DNA from: Heptranchias perlo
Taxonomy: Eukaryota
Direction: 5' to 3'
Assembly (NCBI RefSeq): GCF_035084215.1
Contig: NC_090352.1
Location: forward strand, 20,832,001-20,896,000
DNA: 64,000 nt
Each line of letters opens with the position of its first letter. The first letter of the stretch is position 1. The translations under genes were made by a program, and so were the position numbers. The notes under the pieces were generated by a model. It made no database searches and had not been told where the DNA came from. It worked only from the letters and a program-made list of their open reading frames with translations. Shown here piece after piece: positions 50,591 through 63,520 of this stretch.

Positions 50591-51989
50591 GGAGGAGAGA
50601 TAATGCCGTGGCATCTTGTCACAGCTTAATAGGGCCATTATGCCAGCCAAGGAGATTTAAAAAAATTTACAAATCTTGCACACACAGCTGACTTTTAAAT
50701 TTGCCTCTTTCCCAAACACCATTTCACACATTTTGGGCCCCATTTCCATCAGACCTGATCCTGGCATTCTGTGTACACTTACAATATTCAAGTGCACTTA
50801 GCATTGGGGTCTATAGAGAGAAGATTTATAGAGTTCCGGTGGGTGATGTAATTCTGCCAGTCCCGCCTCTTCTGATGATGAGTGTGGGGGGGCAGATAAA
50901 AGAAATACGTAACCCTAGTTCTGGCGGAATTTGGAAGTGCACACAAAAAGGGAACAGAGATCCAGCAGAACCAGGTCAGCACCAATTCCTCGCTTGCTTG
51001 CCCAGATAATGGTAGCTTTGCACTGCCAGAGGCCAGGAATTTTGGGGCTAAACGGTCCTGAGCATCACCAATTAGCCTCTAATAAACCTCAGGATGTAAC
51101 ATTGTAGCCTGTTAAAACACACCTCCACCATTAGCAGACAGTTTTCCTTAAAGCAATCCCTTTATGCCCTTTAGGAAAGTGGTAAAGATGTGAAATCTTC
51201 CCTCATTATGGTACAATCCATTGTATGCTTTATGGAGTAATGCCACTGTCATTATAAAACACCATGTCCACTGATTTATTCTGAGCAACCCAGAAGAAAT
51301 TCACTTGTGCTAATAATCACTGCTACAAAATCTAAAGGGATTATTGTAGAGTTAGCACCTGACACAAACTTATAGGGTGTCTGCCAAGCACACACAGCCA
51401 GATGGCCTTTCCACTCAGTGCCACTGAAGAAACAGACAATGTGTTGGGCAAGGCATAGACACTGGTTTCCTTCCAAAAGGTAATGTTGTAAGGAAATCAT
51501 ATCCTTTTTTTTCTCTTCTGCCCTGCACTTTCTCATTTATGAACAGTCAAATGATCTACTATCAAATAATCATATCTCCTTATATGCACCTCTCATTTCC
51601 TCATAATAGTCCATTATCTTTGCCCAAATCAACAACAGCAGAGGACGGCTTTTTTTTGGAAATAAATTCAAATCATCAGTGATTTGTCAAACACTTGCTT
51701 CATGGTTTGGCTTTTAATAATTTAATAACATGGTAATTGCCAGTCTTAGCAGCTAAATGCTTTGCTTGCAACCTCAAAAGTTTGGCGGTGACTAAACTGA
51801 TATTGATAGAAAAATTGATTGACGTAAAACAAATTCAGAGTTACTTTATGATTCATTCTGTATTAACTGAAAGTTTAATTCACAGTTTAAAATTCAGTCT
51901 TTTTCATCACAAGGTTGTTTCTTTGCAAGTTGTACTGCAGCAACCCATCAAGTTCACTTTGGCTGCACTTCCCTTCCTTGTGACTTCTA

Positions 51990-52263
51990 TCATCGAGGTG
52001 GACAAGAGCAGCAATATTGCGGCAACACCATCCCCTCCAAGTCACACGCGATCCTGACTTGGACATATATTGCCGTTGCTTCATCATTGCTCGATCAATA
52101 TCCTGGAATTCCATAACTAACATGATTGTGGGAGCATCATCGCCACAAGAACTGCAGTGGTGCAAGGAGAAGACCCACTAACACCTTCTCAGGGCAACTA
52201 GGGATCGGCAATAAACGCAGCCTTGCTAGCAATGGCCACATTCCAAGAACAAATAAAAAAAAG
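51990..52263 (+). mobile_element. CR1/Zenon-like LINE 3' end (older copy)
   Basis: CCCCTCCAAGTCACAC..ACTTGGACATATAT..CACCTTCTCAGGGCAACTAGGGAT..AATAAAAAAAA, homologous to 6700-6980. Confidence 0.8.
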
Positions 52264-52624
52264 CCTGAGGCATTGTTTGCACTGAAAGAAAAACACTGAA
52301 AAGTATTATTCAATTATTTATAGTTTATAATATTCTAAATGTATATAGGGTCATTGAAGTTTACAGTACCACTGACACTGCTCTTTTTATGTAATGCCAC
52401 ACACATAACCCTGTTTGTTGACTCATAGGACGTTCTAGTCTGAATCATTCTCTTGTAATGTGTCACAAGCTTACTTTTTGAGTCCATGTTCTTGAAGGTT
52501 GTATGATATATTTTTTTATTAATATCATCACTTCAAACTCAAACATAACATTAGGAAACTAAAGATGCCAAAGAAAAGATGACTAAAAACAACTTCTTTG
52601 TGTAAAATGAACCCTTGTGACTCA

Positions 52625-52825
52625 TTAGTGGGGAAAGTAATAGAGGTGACTAGCATAGATGCATTTAAGGACAAACACCTGAGGGAGAAAGGAATAGAAG
52701 GATATGCTGATAGGGTTAGATGAAGTAGGGAGGGAGGTGGCTCACATGGAGCATAAACACAGGCATAGACTGGTTGGGCCAACTGGCCTGTTTCTGGTCT
52801 GTACATTCTATGTAATTCTATGTAA
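52625..52825 (+). mobile_element. CR1 3' end
   Basis: Homologous to 21760-21935; ends CATTCTATGTAATTCTATGTAAT. Confidence 0.75.
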
Positions 52826-53187
52826 TGCTCAGGCTTTCAAATTTGATGGACCATTCTGTTTGTGGGGGAAAAATTCCTCTGTGTGCAGCAAAGCTGTAAA
52901 CCCCTTTATAAAGAATGGATTTACTCAGAGGAATTCCTCTCTCCATTTACTTTGAATCAACAAATATTCCTATCAGATCTCATTGTAATATGGTGCCATT
53001 AGTTGCAACTTATGCGCCAATTATAGATTAAAATTAATTTAAATTTGGAGCCACAGAATCCAACAGACTTTCAAGATCATTCGCCATTGAAGCAGCTTGA
53101 TGTATATGTTGCATAAACATTTAATCAGTCAATAAGAACTGTTGGTGGTTGCCCACATCATCCTAAAAAAAAACTAGCATAAACCTG

Positions 53188-53457
53188 ACACACTGAATGA
53201 AGGGTGTCCAATGTGGGCCTGTCAGATGCACCACCATCAAACTGAAGGATGTAGAGCAAGGGCGGAGGGATTATTATGTCCCAGAGGTCTCTGCTCTGGA
53301 TCAGGAGATCATCGAGGTGGACCCAGATACTAAGAAGATGCTGAAGCTACTGGACTTTGGCAGTTTGTCCAATTTACAGGTCATACAGCCTTCAGTAGGA
53401 ATGGCCCTCAGGTCCTCAAGAATCTAAAATTAGTTGTACGAAATTGTAAAAAAAAAA
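53188..53457 (+). pseudogene. RPS17: Processed pseudogene of 40S ribosomal protein S17 (eS17)
   Basis: [65 protein letters not shown] matches the RPS17 C-terminal half; no introns, in-frame stop at 53194-53196, A-run at 53448-53457; a possible N-terminal remnant lies at ~53116-53180. Confidence 0.9.
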
Positions 53458-54310
53458 CAATGGAAAAAAATGCTAAACAATAGCTTCAAAAAAGCTGACA
53501 GTCAAGAATGACCCTGTTTATAAGCTTAGAAAATGTGAAAACAAATAGTTCTGCTGGCTTGTATCTTAAGCTGCCGGTAAACTCAACATTCCTTCACTCA
53601 TATTGGAGGAAAAGAACAACATATCATGAAAACCTGAAAGGTGAACACAAATGTTGGAGCACAAAACAGCTGGTGCATTTCTAAGAGGGAGTGCAAGCCT
53701 ACTCCTCCTCCTCCAAAAAATTTGATTTTTACATCGAAAATGGCACAGTTGGGTAAATTTTAAACTATCACACTTCACAATTAATAGATTTTTAATCTAC
53801 AAAAAGGAAAATCAAGGTGATATTTGGGTGTTCAACAAACCAACCAGACCATAATTTTTCAAAAGTTACCTCAGCAGTCACCCTTACACATCCACTGCTC
53901 CACACACACTCATTCATGGAGGCATTCTATTCCTTTCAGATCCAGTTCACTCCTTGATAGAGACACTCTCTCTTCCTCCAACTCTCCCAATCACACTGGC
54001 ACTTTTCTCCCCCTTCAACCTAGTTCCAACCAGTACCCTTTTTCCTCTCCTCCGTTCAAGCTAGCATTCTTCTTCTCCCTCACCCCTACAAGCTTTCACT
54101 CCTCCCACCCACGAAAGAGGGCATTGTGTACACCTGTGATAAAAGGCTTGTCTAAATCCAATCGTTGGCAAAAATTAGCATTCATTTTCAGTGAAAAGAA
54201 AATGTATCAATGTAATCTATAAGAATTATTTGATGAACATCACGAGCTAGGAGTGGTATTTTCCCTTCCCTCCAGCGTCAACTGCAAATTAATGGATGAG
54301 CCACACTAGT

Positions 54311-54599
54311 GGGAGGGGCACAGATTTAAGGTGAGAGGGGAGAGATACAAAAGGATCCAGAGGGGCAATTTTTTCACTCAAAGGGTGGTGAGTGTCTGGA
54401 ACGAGCTGCCAGAGGCAGTAGTAGAGGCGGGTACAATTTTGTCTTTTAAAAAGCATTTGGACAGTTACATGGGGAAGATGGGTATCGAGGGATATGGGCC
54501 AAGTGCAGGCAATTGGGACTAGCTTAGTGGTATAAACTGGGCGACATGGACATGTTGGGCCGAAGGGCCTGTTTCCATGTTGTAACTTCTATGATTCTA
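54311..54599 (+). mobile_element. CR1 3' fragment
   Basis: RGHRFKVRGERYK..NFFTQRVVSVWNELPEAVVEAG..FKKHLD; tail CTTCTATGATTCTA. Confidence 0.9.
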
Positions 54600-56462
54600 A
54601 ATATATTTTCTCTTCTAATTCGCTAAACACTCAAGCCACTAATGTAATTCTCCACATATCCTGGATAGAATCAGACTTTCCATTAATCAGTCGGTGATTC
54701 TGATCCTTCTAACCAGATGTCCTACTTTAATTGATAGAATTGTGTTTTGTCCCCATCCTTCATTTCACAAAGCCAGAAGGATTAATGGAACAAATTACAC
54801 TTCTTGTAAAGGTTCTTATTTTCCTAGTCCCATTCCTCCTTAATGGAGTTGATTTGCTGACTTGGCTTGAGAGAATCATATTTCCTCTCATTCTGAGATC
54901 AAGAAGATAGAACCATCAGCTTGGATGTTTGTCAAATTACAGAGAATCCTGTTAACTTTCACGCGATTCTAACATGCTGGAGCCTCCACCAACTCCAACT
55001 ACATTCACTAGAGAGAAACATCTTTCTTCTCTATTCCTTGACTGAATTGAACCCTTCGTGAAAGATTAACAAGACAGTAAACAAGACTGTGTTGTTTTGC
55101 TTTACAAGCAGCCTCTGTTCCAAAAAGTGCAGCATATGATCAATACTGCAAGGACACAGCAATATTTCGTGCAGCACAACTTCCAAATAGAAGTGTGAGT
55201 GCTACTTCAGTTGCCAAAGGCAACTTGGACTGCAACTGGTAACGAGGCTTAGAATGGTCAAACAATCCTGGCAAATGGAAGAATGCTGGATTAAGGCTTG
55301 GAGGTTGGAAACTAATAACATAGGTTTGTGTTTATTTGAATAAAAATTAAAACTCTCTTTTGGATCTTTAATACAGTCCCATTCAGTATAGGATGTCATA
55401 TATAGTCAGACAAGAATGACAGAAGGGCCAAGTATCCCATACAGCTTTGACTTTCAGCTCTTTTTTTCCAGATCCAATTTGACTTTTTGCCAAATAATTT
55501 TCACACCCAAAACCAATCCCCCCTTCCCCCATTAAATAGCTAGTAAGATTTAGCTTGTCTAACAATTAACTGATATCCACTGCCATCCACAGAAGTTATG
55601 TGCGAGCAGTCCAAAGTGATTTACCCTCTGGTTGCAGGCTCCTCTGCATCCTGCTGATTCATTGTGTAGGAAATCACAGGTGCAAACCCACTTCTTAAAT
55701 GGTGTAATATATTGGTTCATCCACCACTCATTCTAATTCTAGTCATGCAGGTCAGAAATCAGGAAATTGAGTATTTGCTTTCCTGCAATCTTGTCAATTT
55801 CAAAAAAGACAGCACTTCAAGTTGCCATGAGTGTAGCAGCAACACAGAAGTAGTAGTAGGCCTGTAACTGAAACCGACATATATGCCTGAACTCAGTGAA
55901 CAGGAAATGATAAATGGTTTTACATTTATACTTCATATTGGAATATTCAGTGGCTGATACAGCCTTGAGAAACAAATTAAAATCTTTACCTTTATTTTCT
56001 GCAACAATCCCAAATGGCATTGGCAGTTAATTGAGTGAAACAAGATTTTATGACACAACAAACAGTGGTATTTCAGTACTTTATTACAATTTACAGTCCA
56101 CAGCCACAAACGGGCTAGGCTGTTTCTTTATTGATAAATCAAATATATTTTCAAATTCTTCATGTAGTTTAAATCATTTCTGATTCTTTCATTTTTCACT
56201 GTCAACTTGAGTCTGCATATAGATGTCAAGCTTTAGTTTATTGTCTCCATGAGGTTTAAAGGATCATTTGTGAAAGTAGTATATATTGAGAATATGATCA
56301 AGCAGCATTATTTGATGGTGTCGAAGCAGAATTGTAGCCTCAAATGCAATATTAGTTACAAGTGCGTTAACACATTTGTATGAAATTCCTCTGTTTAATA
56401 AAGGTGTTTGTTAATAATATTGCACAGTGTGATTTCAAGGCAGAAAAATATAAACTACGATC

Positions 56463-56690
56463 ACTTTTATTTTATTCCTTCTTGGGATGTGGGTGACACT
56501 AGCAAGGCAGTATTTATTGTCCTAGGGACATTAAGAGTCAAACACATAGGTTTCCTTCCCTGAAGAACATTAGTGAACCAATTGGATTTTTAAACAATTT
56601 AATGGTCATTTTCTGGTGCTAATCCACAAATGACCAGATTTCTTAAATTCAGGTTCACAACTTGCTCAGTTAGGATTTAAACTTACTGGA
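56463..56690 (-). mobile_element. Degenerate SINE-like repeat with a CR1/Zenon-like 3' tail
   Basis: TTTTATTCC..GGGATGTGGGTGACACTAGCAAGGC..ATTTATTG..CCTA is the reverse complement of the 6920-6980 tail, joined to non-LINE sequence. Confidence 0.5.
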
Positions 56691-56909
56691 CTACAAATTT
56701 GTTGTCGCTGCACCCATGATTAAGGTGCAAAATGGGTGTCTAAGCATCCATTACGGTGCGCAGGCACACACATTCCACACCGGAAGTACATCGCCCACCA
56801 TATCGGTAAAGACTCCTGTATAGGTGTCCAGGGCCCGCACCTGAAACAAGCTGACACAACTTCAGAAAGAGAATCTACTTGAGCAAGACAAAGACAGAGA
56901 GGAACACAC

Positions 56910-57316
56910 CTGAGTAGAACATTGCGATGAGTCTCTCACCTTCTGACCCTCAAAGCCTCTCCACCATGTACAAGGCTCAAGACAGGAGTGTGATGGAATA
57001 CCCATCACTTGTCTGGACAGGTGCAGCCGCAACAACACTCAAGAAGCTCGGCACCATTCTGGACAGAACAGCTTGTTTGATTGGTTCCCTGCCACTGGGC
57101 AATATCTAGCCCCTCTATCACTGATGAACTGTGGCTGCAATATGTACCATCTACAGGATGCACTCGCCAAGGTTACTTCAACAGAACCTCCCTCCCCTGT
57201 GACCTCTACCAATGAGAAGGACAAGAGCAGCAATGTTACACAATCACTATCACCTCCACATCACAAAACATCCTGACTTGGACATATTTCGCTATTCCCT
57301 CATTGTTACTGTGGTC
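56910..57316 (+). mobile_element. Degenerate CR1/Zenon-like LINE fragment
   Basis: PQSLSTMYKAQDRSVMEYPSLVWTGAAATTLKKLGTI..ACLIG, homologous to the 5801-6919 ORF. Confidence 0.8.
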
Positions 57317-58995
57317 AATTCATTTTTCATCCCTTTGCGGTTTACTGACATTTAAAACCTTGGTTTGTGACTCTTCCTTCTCCCTCTCAAACCTTATATC
57401 AAATTCAATCATACTATGCTCACTATTTGAAAGATGTTCCCTTCAGATTGTTAACTAATTCTGATTTGTTACTCATTACTAAATCTAGTATGGCTTGTTT
57501 CCTTGTTGGTTCTAAAACATATTGTTGTAGAAAACTGTCCCCATTACGTTCTAGAAATTTGTTGCTTTTGCTACTTGAGCTGTTCTACTTCTCCCAGTCT
57601 ATGTGAAAATCAAAATCTCCCATTATAAGCACATTGTTTCTGCAACATGCTTCCCTGATTTCTGAATTTATTCATCCTCTCCACCACATCAAGAGGTCTG
57701 TAGACAACTCCTACCAGAGGCTTACAACCTTTGTTGTTCCTTAACTCTACTCATAGTGTTTCCATTGCCTAATCACCCTTACTGAAATCCCTTCTTTCTA
57801 TTGCTGTAATTGTGTCACATATCAGCACAATGGCACAGAGTGCCTAATGAGCAGCGGTCCTGGCATAGCAACACTGGACTCAGAATGTCTGAAGCTTCCT
57901 AATTGACCTTATCAATCACACTTAAAAGCAGGAGAAACAAAGATGGGATTCTAACTTGCAGCCTGAATAGCAATTAAACTCTCAATTAAATCACCCAGTG
58001 TTTACTTAACTGCAATTAGATTTTGAAGTCTCAAAGGAATGCAGCTGTACTGTAGAAGCAAAATACATAACATAATGCTCCTGTCCTAATAAAACAGCAC
58101 ATCATCTGACTTACAATGAGAAACCCCATGCGATCCACTATATGTAAAAAAAAATCTTGTGTCTAATGTGCATCTGTCCATTACACTTCAAATGTCACAC
58201 TTCAAAGTGTTAAAAGTATTTTAAAAATAGGAAAAAAGGCAGTTTCTGACCTTGACAACTTGGCCTGGGGTGAGAAATTTACAAGCAGCATGCAATTAGC
58301 CTCTAATTGACCCCAGGGTTTTGTAAATAGCTATAATTGCCTGAATTTGCCTGTTTACTTCACTTCCCACAGGAAATACTTGAGCAGTAGTCTTAAAGAG
58401 ACAGGCCAGATTAAGCACAGTTGCAGGGAAACTCCAGGTCGTGCAATGAATTAGTCACCGGCTTCAGTGTTCAAATCCAGTCCAGATCGATGAATGAATG
58501 TTTCCTCTGTAGGCTGGTTGTAAGGGTACTAAATGAAATTAAATTAGATAGTTCCAATACGATTCCTAATGGAAATGGGCCCGCAGCACAAAACTGCCCT
58601 CATAAAAATAATTTAAACATGGGCCTACAGTACAAAATTATCCCTGCAAAAAATATTTTTTAAGAAAGAGAAAAAAATGTCACGATAAATCACAACTGTG
58701 TTCCAGACCACAGACGCCCTGCTAGTTTCTGTAAGGTTTATTAACCTTCTTGGATGAGCTGGGATGGTCAAGGAGAAAATGTTCACTGAAATTCACGAAT
58801 TTTGAGGCAGAAAATAATTGTAGATTGAATATTGGGTCCCAGAATAGAATCACTCCAGGTTCAATTTTATTCATGCATTCGTTCTCTTCCCATCTCAGAA
58901 AATATGCAGAATTAAGACCAACACAGATACAGTTGTTTGTAGTCCGATTAACATTTCATTATGGTTAATAATGGCGTCAAGAGTCATAGCAAACA

Positions 58996-59009
58996 GTGCC
59001 ATCTGTTGG
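58996..59009 (-). promoter_or_regulatory. CTCF-like motif
   Basis: Reverse complement CCAACAGATGGCAC(TG); motif match only. Confidence 0.35.
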
Positions 59010-59236
59010 GAGATCTGCCAATAGGATAGCTGTTAACTATTGGGATGTGTCAATTTGTCTATCGGCAGCATTTGCATTCTTGAATAGTGTAATGTTCTGC
59101 TGTATCACTGGAGGAAACTTATCAATATACACGGAGGACCTTCAATTCAAGACGACCAGGAAACAGGCAGTCATCAGGTCTAGTCTCTTGGACTCTCCAG
59201 AACTTCCACAGTGAAAAATGACTGCTAGAAACATTG

Positions 59237-60330
59237 GCCTAGAAACTCACTTGGGCCTGAAAACAGCGTGCAGCCAGCCACTCAGCACTACCCGCTCTAT
59301 TCATTGGGTGCACGCCAGTTTGGGGGGTGGGAAAACGGGCTTCACTGATGCCACTTAAAAGCAGCCAACACCTTTTAAAGGGGAGGTGCACTCTGGCTGC
59401 AGACAACAGTGAAACATAGAAATGGCTGGAAGTACAGAGGGGTCACGCAGGTTCTGTGACACCTGCTTGGAGGCCCTGGTCCAGCATACAGCAGACGAAC
59501 ACACATGGATACCTGCTCAGGACTGTACTGCAAAATTCCTCCAGAACGGTTCAGGCAGCGAAAGCGTTGCTTGAGCCAACTGTCTGCTCGATAACGGTTC
59601 TGGTAGCAGCATGGCTCTCTTTGTTGGCCACCTCTGCAGCTGTGCCTGGGTTTCTGACGACAGCCATGAGCCAAGTCTGATGGGGAGCCCTTGTCACCTA
59701 GTAGCCAGCCAGTAACCTGATGGCCTGGTTGGAATAAAGGCAGCACGGAGGACTGGCGCAGGGATAAATGCATCATGACTGCTGCCAGGAAATCGGGCAC
59801 AGACCTGCATGATATGCTGCCTGTGGCTGCAAACAAGCTGGACATTGAGGGAGTGGAATCACTTTCAATGCAGAAAGATCCCATTCTGGTGATGGGGAGC
59901 ACACAGGCAATGTGGATGCAGTCTATTGCACCTTGCACCCTGGGGAAGCCTCCAATTCATTCGAAGCCTAGTGCTGTCCCATCCTGCTTTGCTCTGTCCA
60001 TGGGGAAAGAGATGTGGGTGATTTCACCTGCTGCAGCCTGGAAGGAGTCTATTGTGGCTGCAGCAGGTGACATAGCTCGGTAATAGCCTTCTTTGTGAAG
60101 CAAAGGCAGCTGATACATTGCTCCTCAGAGAAGTTCAGGTAGGGGAAGTGCTCCCTGAAGACTGCTTTGGGTATGGCCTCCTGCACAATGCTCCTCTCCC
60201 AGCTTCTCCTGCTCTCTTCTTTAATGCTCCCCCTCATCCTCTAGCCCCAAAGGCAGACCTACCCGATCATTCATGACTGCAGTAAAACTATTTTGAAGGC
60301 AGCCAAAACAGTCCAAGTAGGGAAGGGGAG
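59237..60330 (-). mobile_element. Decayed, internally deleted Harbinger with HARBI1-like transposase
   Basis: Minus strand [65 protein letters not shown]; short + strand Myb start (RFCDTCLEALVQ) at ~59450-59485; left end GGCCTAGAAACTC. Confidence 0.85.
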
Positions 60331-61985
60331 GGGCTCAGGGGGCAAGGTGCAGAGTTTCTAGGGTGTAATTTTAAATGTAAAAAAGCTGATATCAGATCAG
60401 AGGGAATGGTCCCAGATATTTCATACACTGTGGTCAAAACTGCCTTCTCTTAGCAATGCCAAAAAATGGCAATTTCATCATCAAAATGCACCAGAAGCAA
60501 TATTATCAAGGTCATTGATTTATGGCTACTGAATAAGTGACATTTTTTATTACATATCTGGATTATTTTGGGGGATACTCCTTAATTGATCAGAGCTGCG
60601 TGTGGCATTTCTTCCACACACTCCAAATCTGATATGGTGCAGGGCAGTGCTGAAGCAGGCTGGAAGCAGATCCAAATACAAATTTACATGTTCAGCTGGT
60701 ACATTTACCAGGGCTCCTCAGCAGAAAGCTCATTTTTATTTTCATAATGCACTCGATCACGTCTGGCCTCACTGGCACAAAGAATGGTTAAATTATGTTT
60801 TTCTTTTCTTTTTCAGTACTGCAATCAACAAAATGATATTTTATATGATTTCCCCTCCACATTATGAAATGTAAGCTATCGATGCAACACAACTGGGGAT
60901 TGCTAGTACAAAATATTCCATCTGTGTTCCATATTATGTTAGTCAAAGTAGCAGTTTTATGGGCTAAGCTAGCATGTATACAGGAAGTCACGTTGATTAA
61001 TATGATGCGAGCAGAAAGATTATATAAACGACCAACAAGACAATTTCTAACAAAAAAAAAATCTTTGTATATGTGTGTAGTAATATGTTGCACTGTGGAC
61101 CAACATAACATCTCACTATGAGGGAGTGGAAACACCAGTGGAGGTTTTTAAATTACTTAATGATACACCTCTTAATAATTAAGTAACCTGCTGTGACCTA
61201 GACTGCTTGTGGGAAACAAAATCCAACTAATGGCAGGAGGTGGGATGTGTAAATTGTAATAAAACTCGAGTTTCTTACCACATGAAAGTGCTAGGGCGGT
61301 ACAATTCAGTAGTTGCACCTTAAATGATTTGAGAGTCTTTTAATCCATATTTACAATATGCATCAGAAGCTGCTTTATGCTGGTTTATTAAGGCAATCAG
61401 TATATGTTTTTAACCTTACGCACTCCAGTAACAGAAGTGGCCAGACAAACAAGAAGTTAATTTTCTTGACAGGATCCTGCTGAATAAAAAAACAAGCAGA
61501 GGCCAGGTACATCACAGTATGAATATGAGAAAAGAATTTCTACAGCACAATTCACTATGTGGAGAATAAAACAATGGCTGGAATTGTGTTACAAGTCTGC
61601 AACACAATTGAGACATTTGACGATAACATAAGCTCTGGTGTGACGTGTAAGCTGTTCATGCTGTCATTCAAATCTTAAGAGTCTTAAAAGCACCTTAGAC
61701 TTTAATACTACTTGATCTCCCATGGCATTGCACACGTGGAGTCAAGACCAAGGGCAATATTCTGGTCAAACAGGGTTAGCATGTAAGAGCATAATTGGAT
61801 GAAAACAGGGGAACAGTGGGAAGGGAGAGGAGAGAGGAGGATAGGGGAGATAGGGAGGGTTGAGAGGAGTGGAGAAAATGAAATCAGAGAGGGTGGGGGC
61901 AGCAAGGACAAGAGAGAAAGGAGGAGGGGGATAGAGAAAGGAAGAGGGGGTTGGGGAAAGGAGGGCTGGGGTGAGGGTAGCAAGA

Positions 61986-62196
61986 GGATGGGTTGAGGCC
62001 AGCGAGGGGATGGGTTGAGGCCAGCGAGGGGATGGGTTGAGGCCAGCGAGGGGATGGGTTGAGGCCAGCGAGGGGATGGGTTGAGGCCAGCGAGGGGATG
62101 GGTTGAGGCCAGCGAGGGGATGGGTTGAGGCCAGCGAGGGGATGGGTTGAGGCCAGCGAGGGGATGGGTTGAGGCCAGCGAGGGGATGGGTTGAGG
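61986..62196. repeat. Perfect 22-bp minisatellite (GGATGGGTTGAGGCCAGCGAGG), ~9.6 copies
   Basis: Identical units; minus-strand ORFs repeat every 22 aa (3 x 22 nt); set in a purine-rich block at ~61800-62700. Confidence 0.97.
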
Positions 62197-62850
62197 GAGG
62201 GTGCAGGAGGATGGGATAGAGGGAGAGGGGAAAAGGACATAAATTGATCAGGAGGAGGGAGTAAAGGCCACTAACTGTGCAGGGGGGAGAGGCAGACTGC
62301 GGGTGTAGTGGAGTGGGCAACATGCGGGAATGAAAACAGGCCAGGGGCTGGGGGAGAGGAACACAGACATTTATCAGCCAAACAGCATTTTTGAGGAGGC
62401 AGTGGGAGACCACACTGGGAGCCGTTGGGGTGGAGTAGGCCTGAGATATTATTGGACAGCGGGGGAGGCGGGCAGAGGGAGAGGGAGAGGGAGAGGGACG
62501 ATAACTGTGGTGGCTCCCTTAGAAAAGGGAAGAGGTGGGGGCAGGTTTGGGGCTGAATTGGCCATAAGAGATGAGAGAGAGCAGATTTGGGTGGCAGACA
62601 GACCCGAGGGAAGGAGATAGCATGTCGAGATTGCCAAAGCAAGGAGCAAGGCTCATGAGGAAAGGCAGCCAATGTGATGGGAGCTCCACAAAACCAGACA
62701 AGGGGTGATATATTAAAAAAATAGAATTATATTTTTGTGTAAAAATTGCTCTTTCCCTCCGTTACTATCCTACATCAACAATGCTGATGGCATAAATAAG
62801 GGAGGCTCAGGGACGTAGCCTGCTCCATAGCAACACCAGCGCTGGGATTT

Positions 62851-62953
62851 TCCTCAGGAATTCTCCCGATTGGCTACCATTTGTGCATCTCTCCAGGACT
62901 TCTGCCAATCTTGCACCGAAGTTACATTCGCCAATCGGGAAAACCCTGAGGAA
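62851..62953. mobile_element. Small hairpin MITE
   Basis: TTCCTCAGGAATTCTCCCGATTGGC is inverted relative to GCCAATCGGGAAAACCCTGAGGAA. Confidence 0.6.
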
Positions 62954-63177
62954 CTTCCTGATGTCCAGAGCCTGAAATTGCAAGTAGGCTGGTTAACCAG
63001 TTTTTTTTAAACCATAACCTCTCAGAGTACTATGTTACAGCAATTGTTTTAGTAGCTAATGTTATAAGATATTTAACATTGAAAACCCAATGACAATGCC
63101 TTCTACAGGTAAATACTGACATTTCTAAAGTGGGTTTTCCCATTGACAAAGCATGACATAGGAGTGTTCAATGCTGA

Positions 63178-63443
63178 AGGGTTGCCAACCATCCAGGATT
63201 GTGCTGGTGTCTCCAGGAATTAAAGAATAATCTCCTGATCACAGCTGTGAGCAACCCAGGAGAAAAATCATAAGGGCTTAAAAAAATTGTGTTTTTAAAA
63301 ATTTTCTTTGAAAACTTTTGTTTATTAACTATAAAAATATTGGCGATGAGGAAAAAAAGTTGCTTGACTTGGTGTGGTGGTTGGAGGCAGGAGGTCATGT
63401 GATGAAACCTCCAGGAATACATCCAACCAGAGTTGGCAACCTT
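63178..63443. mobile_element. MITE with AGGGTTGCCAAC termini (probably PIF/Harbinger)
   Basis: AGGGTTGCCAAC at 63178 and GTTGGCAACCT(T) at 63432-63443; internal CTCCAGGAAT repeated. Confidence 0.7.
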
Positions 63444-63520
63444 AATTCCGAGATGGAATATTGTGATTAATCAAGCATTTTTAGTATATAATAGATATGT
63501 GCAACTATGGGGTTTATTTT

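Noticed and set aside
53197-53427. Functional 76-aa RPS17 gene
   Set aside because: N-terminal half missing or decayed, in-frame stop just upstream, many radical substitutions, no introns.
60666-60713. ADPNTNLHVQLVHLPG resembling the upstream DOC2B exon (ADPYVKLHLLPG)
   Set aside because: Wrong strand, wrong spacing, no splice sites; chance similarity.
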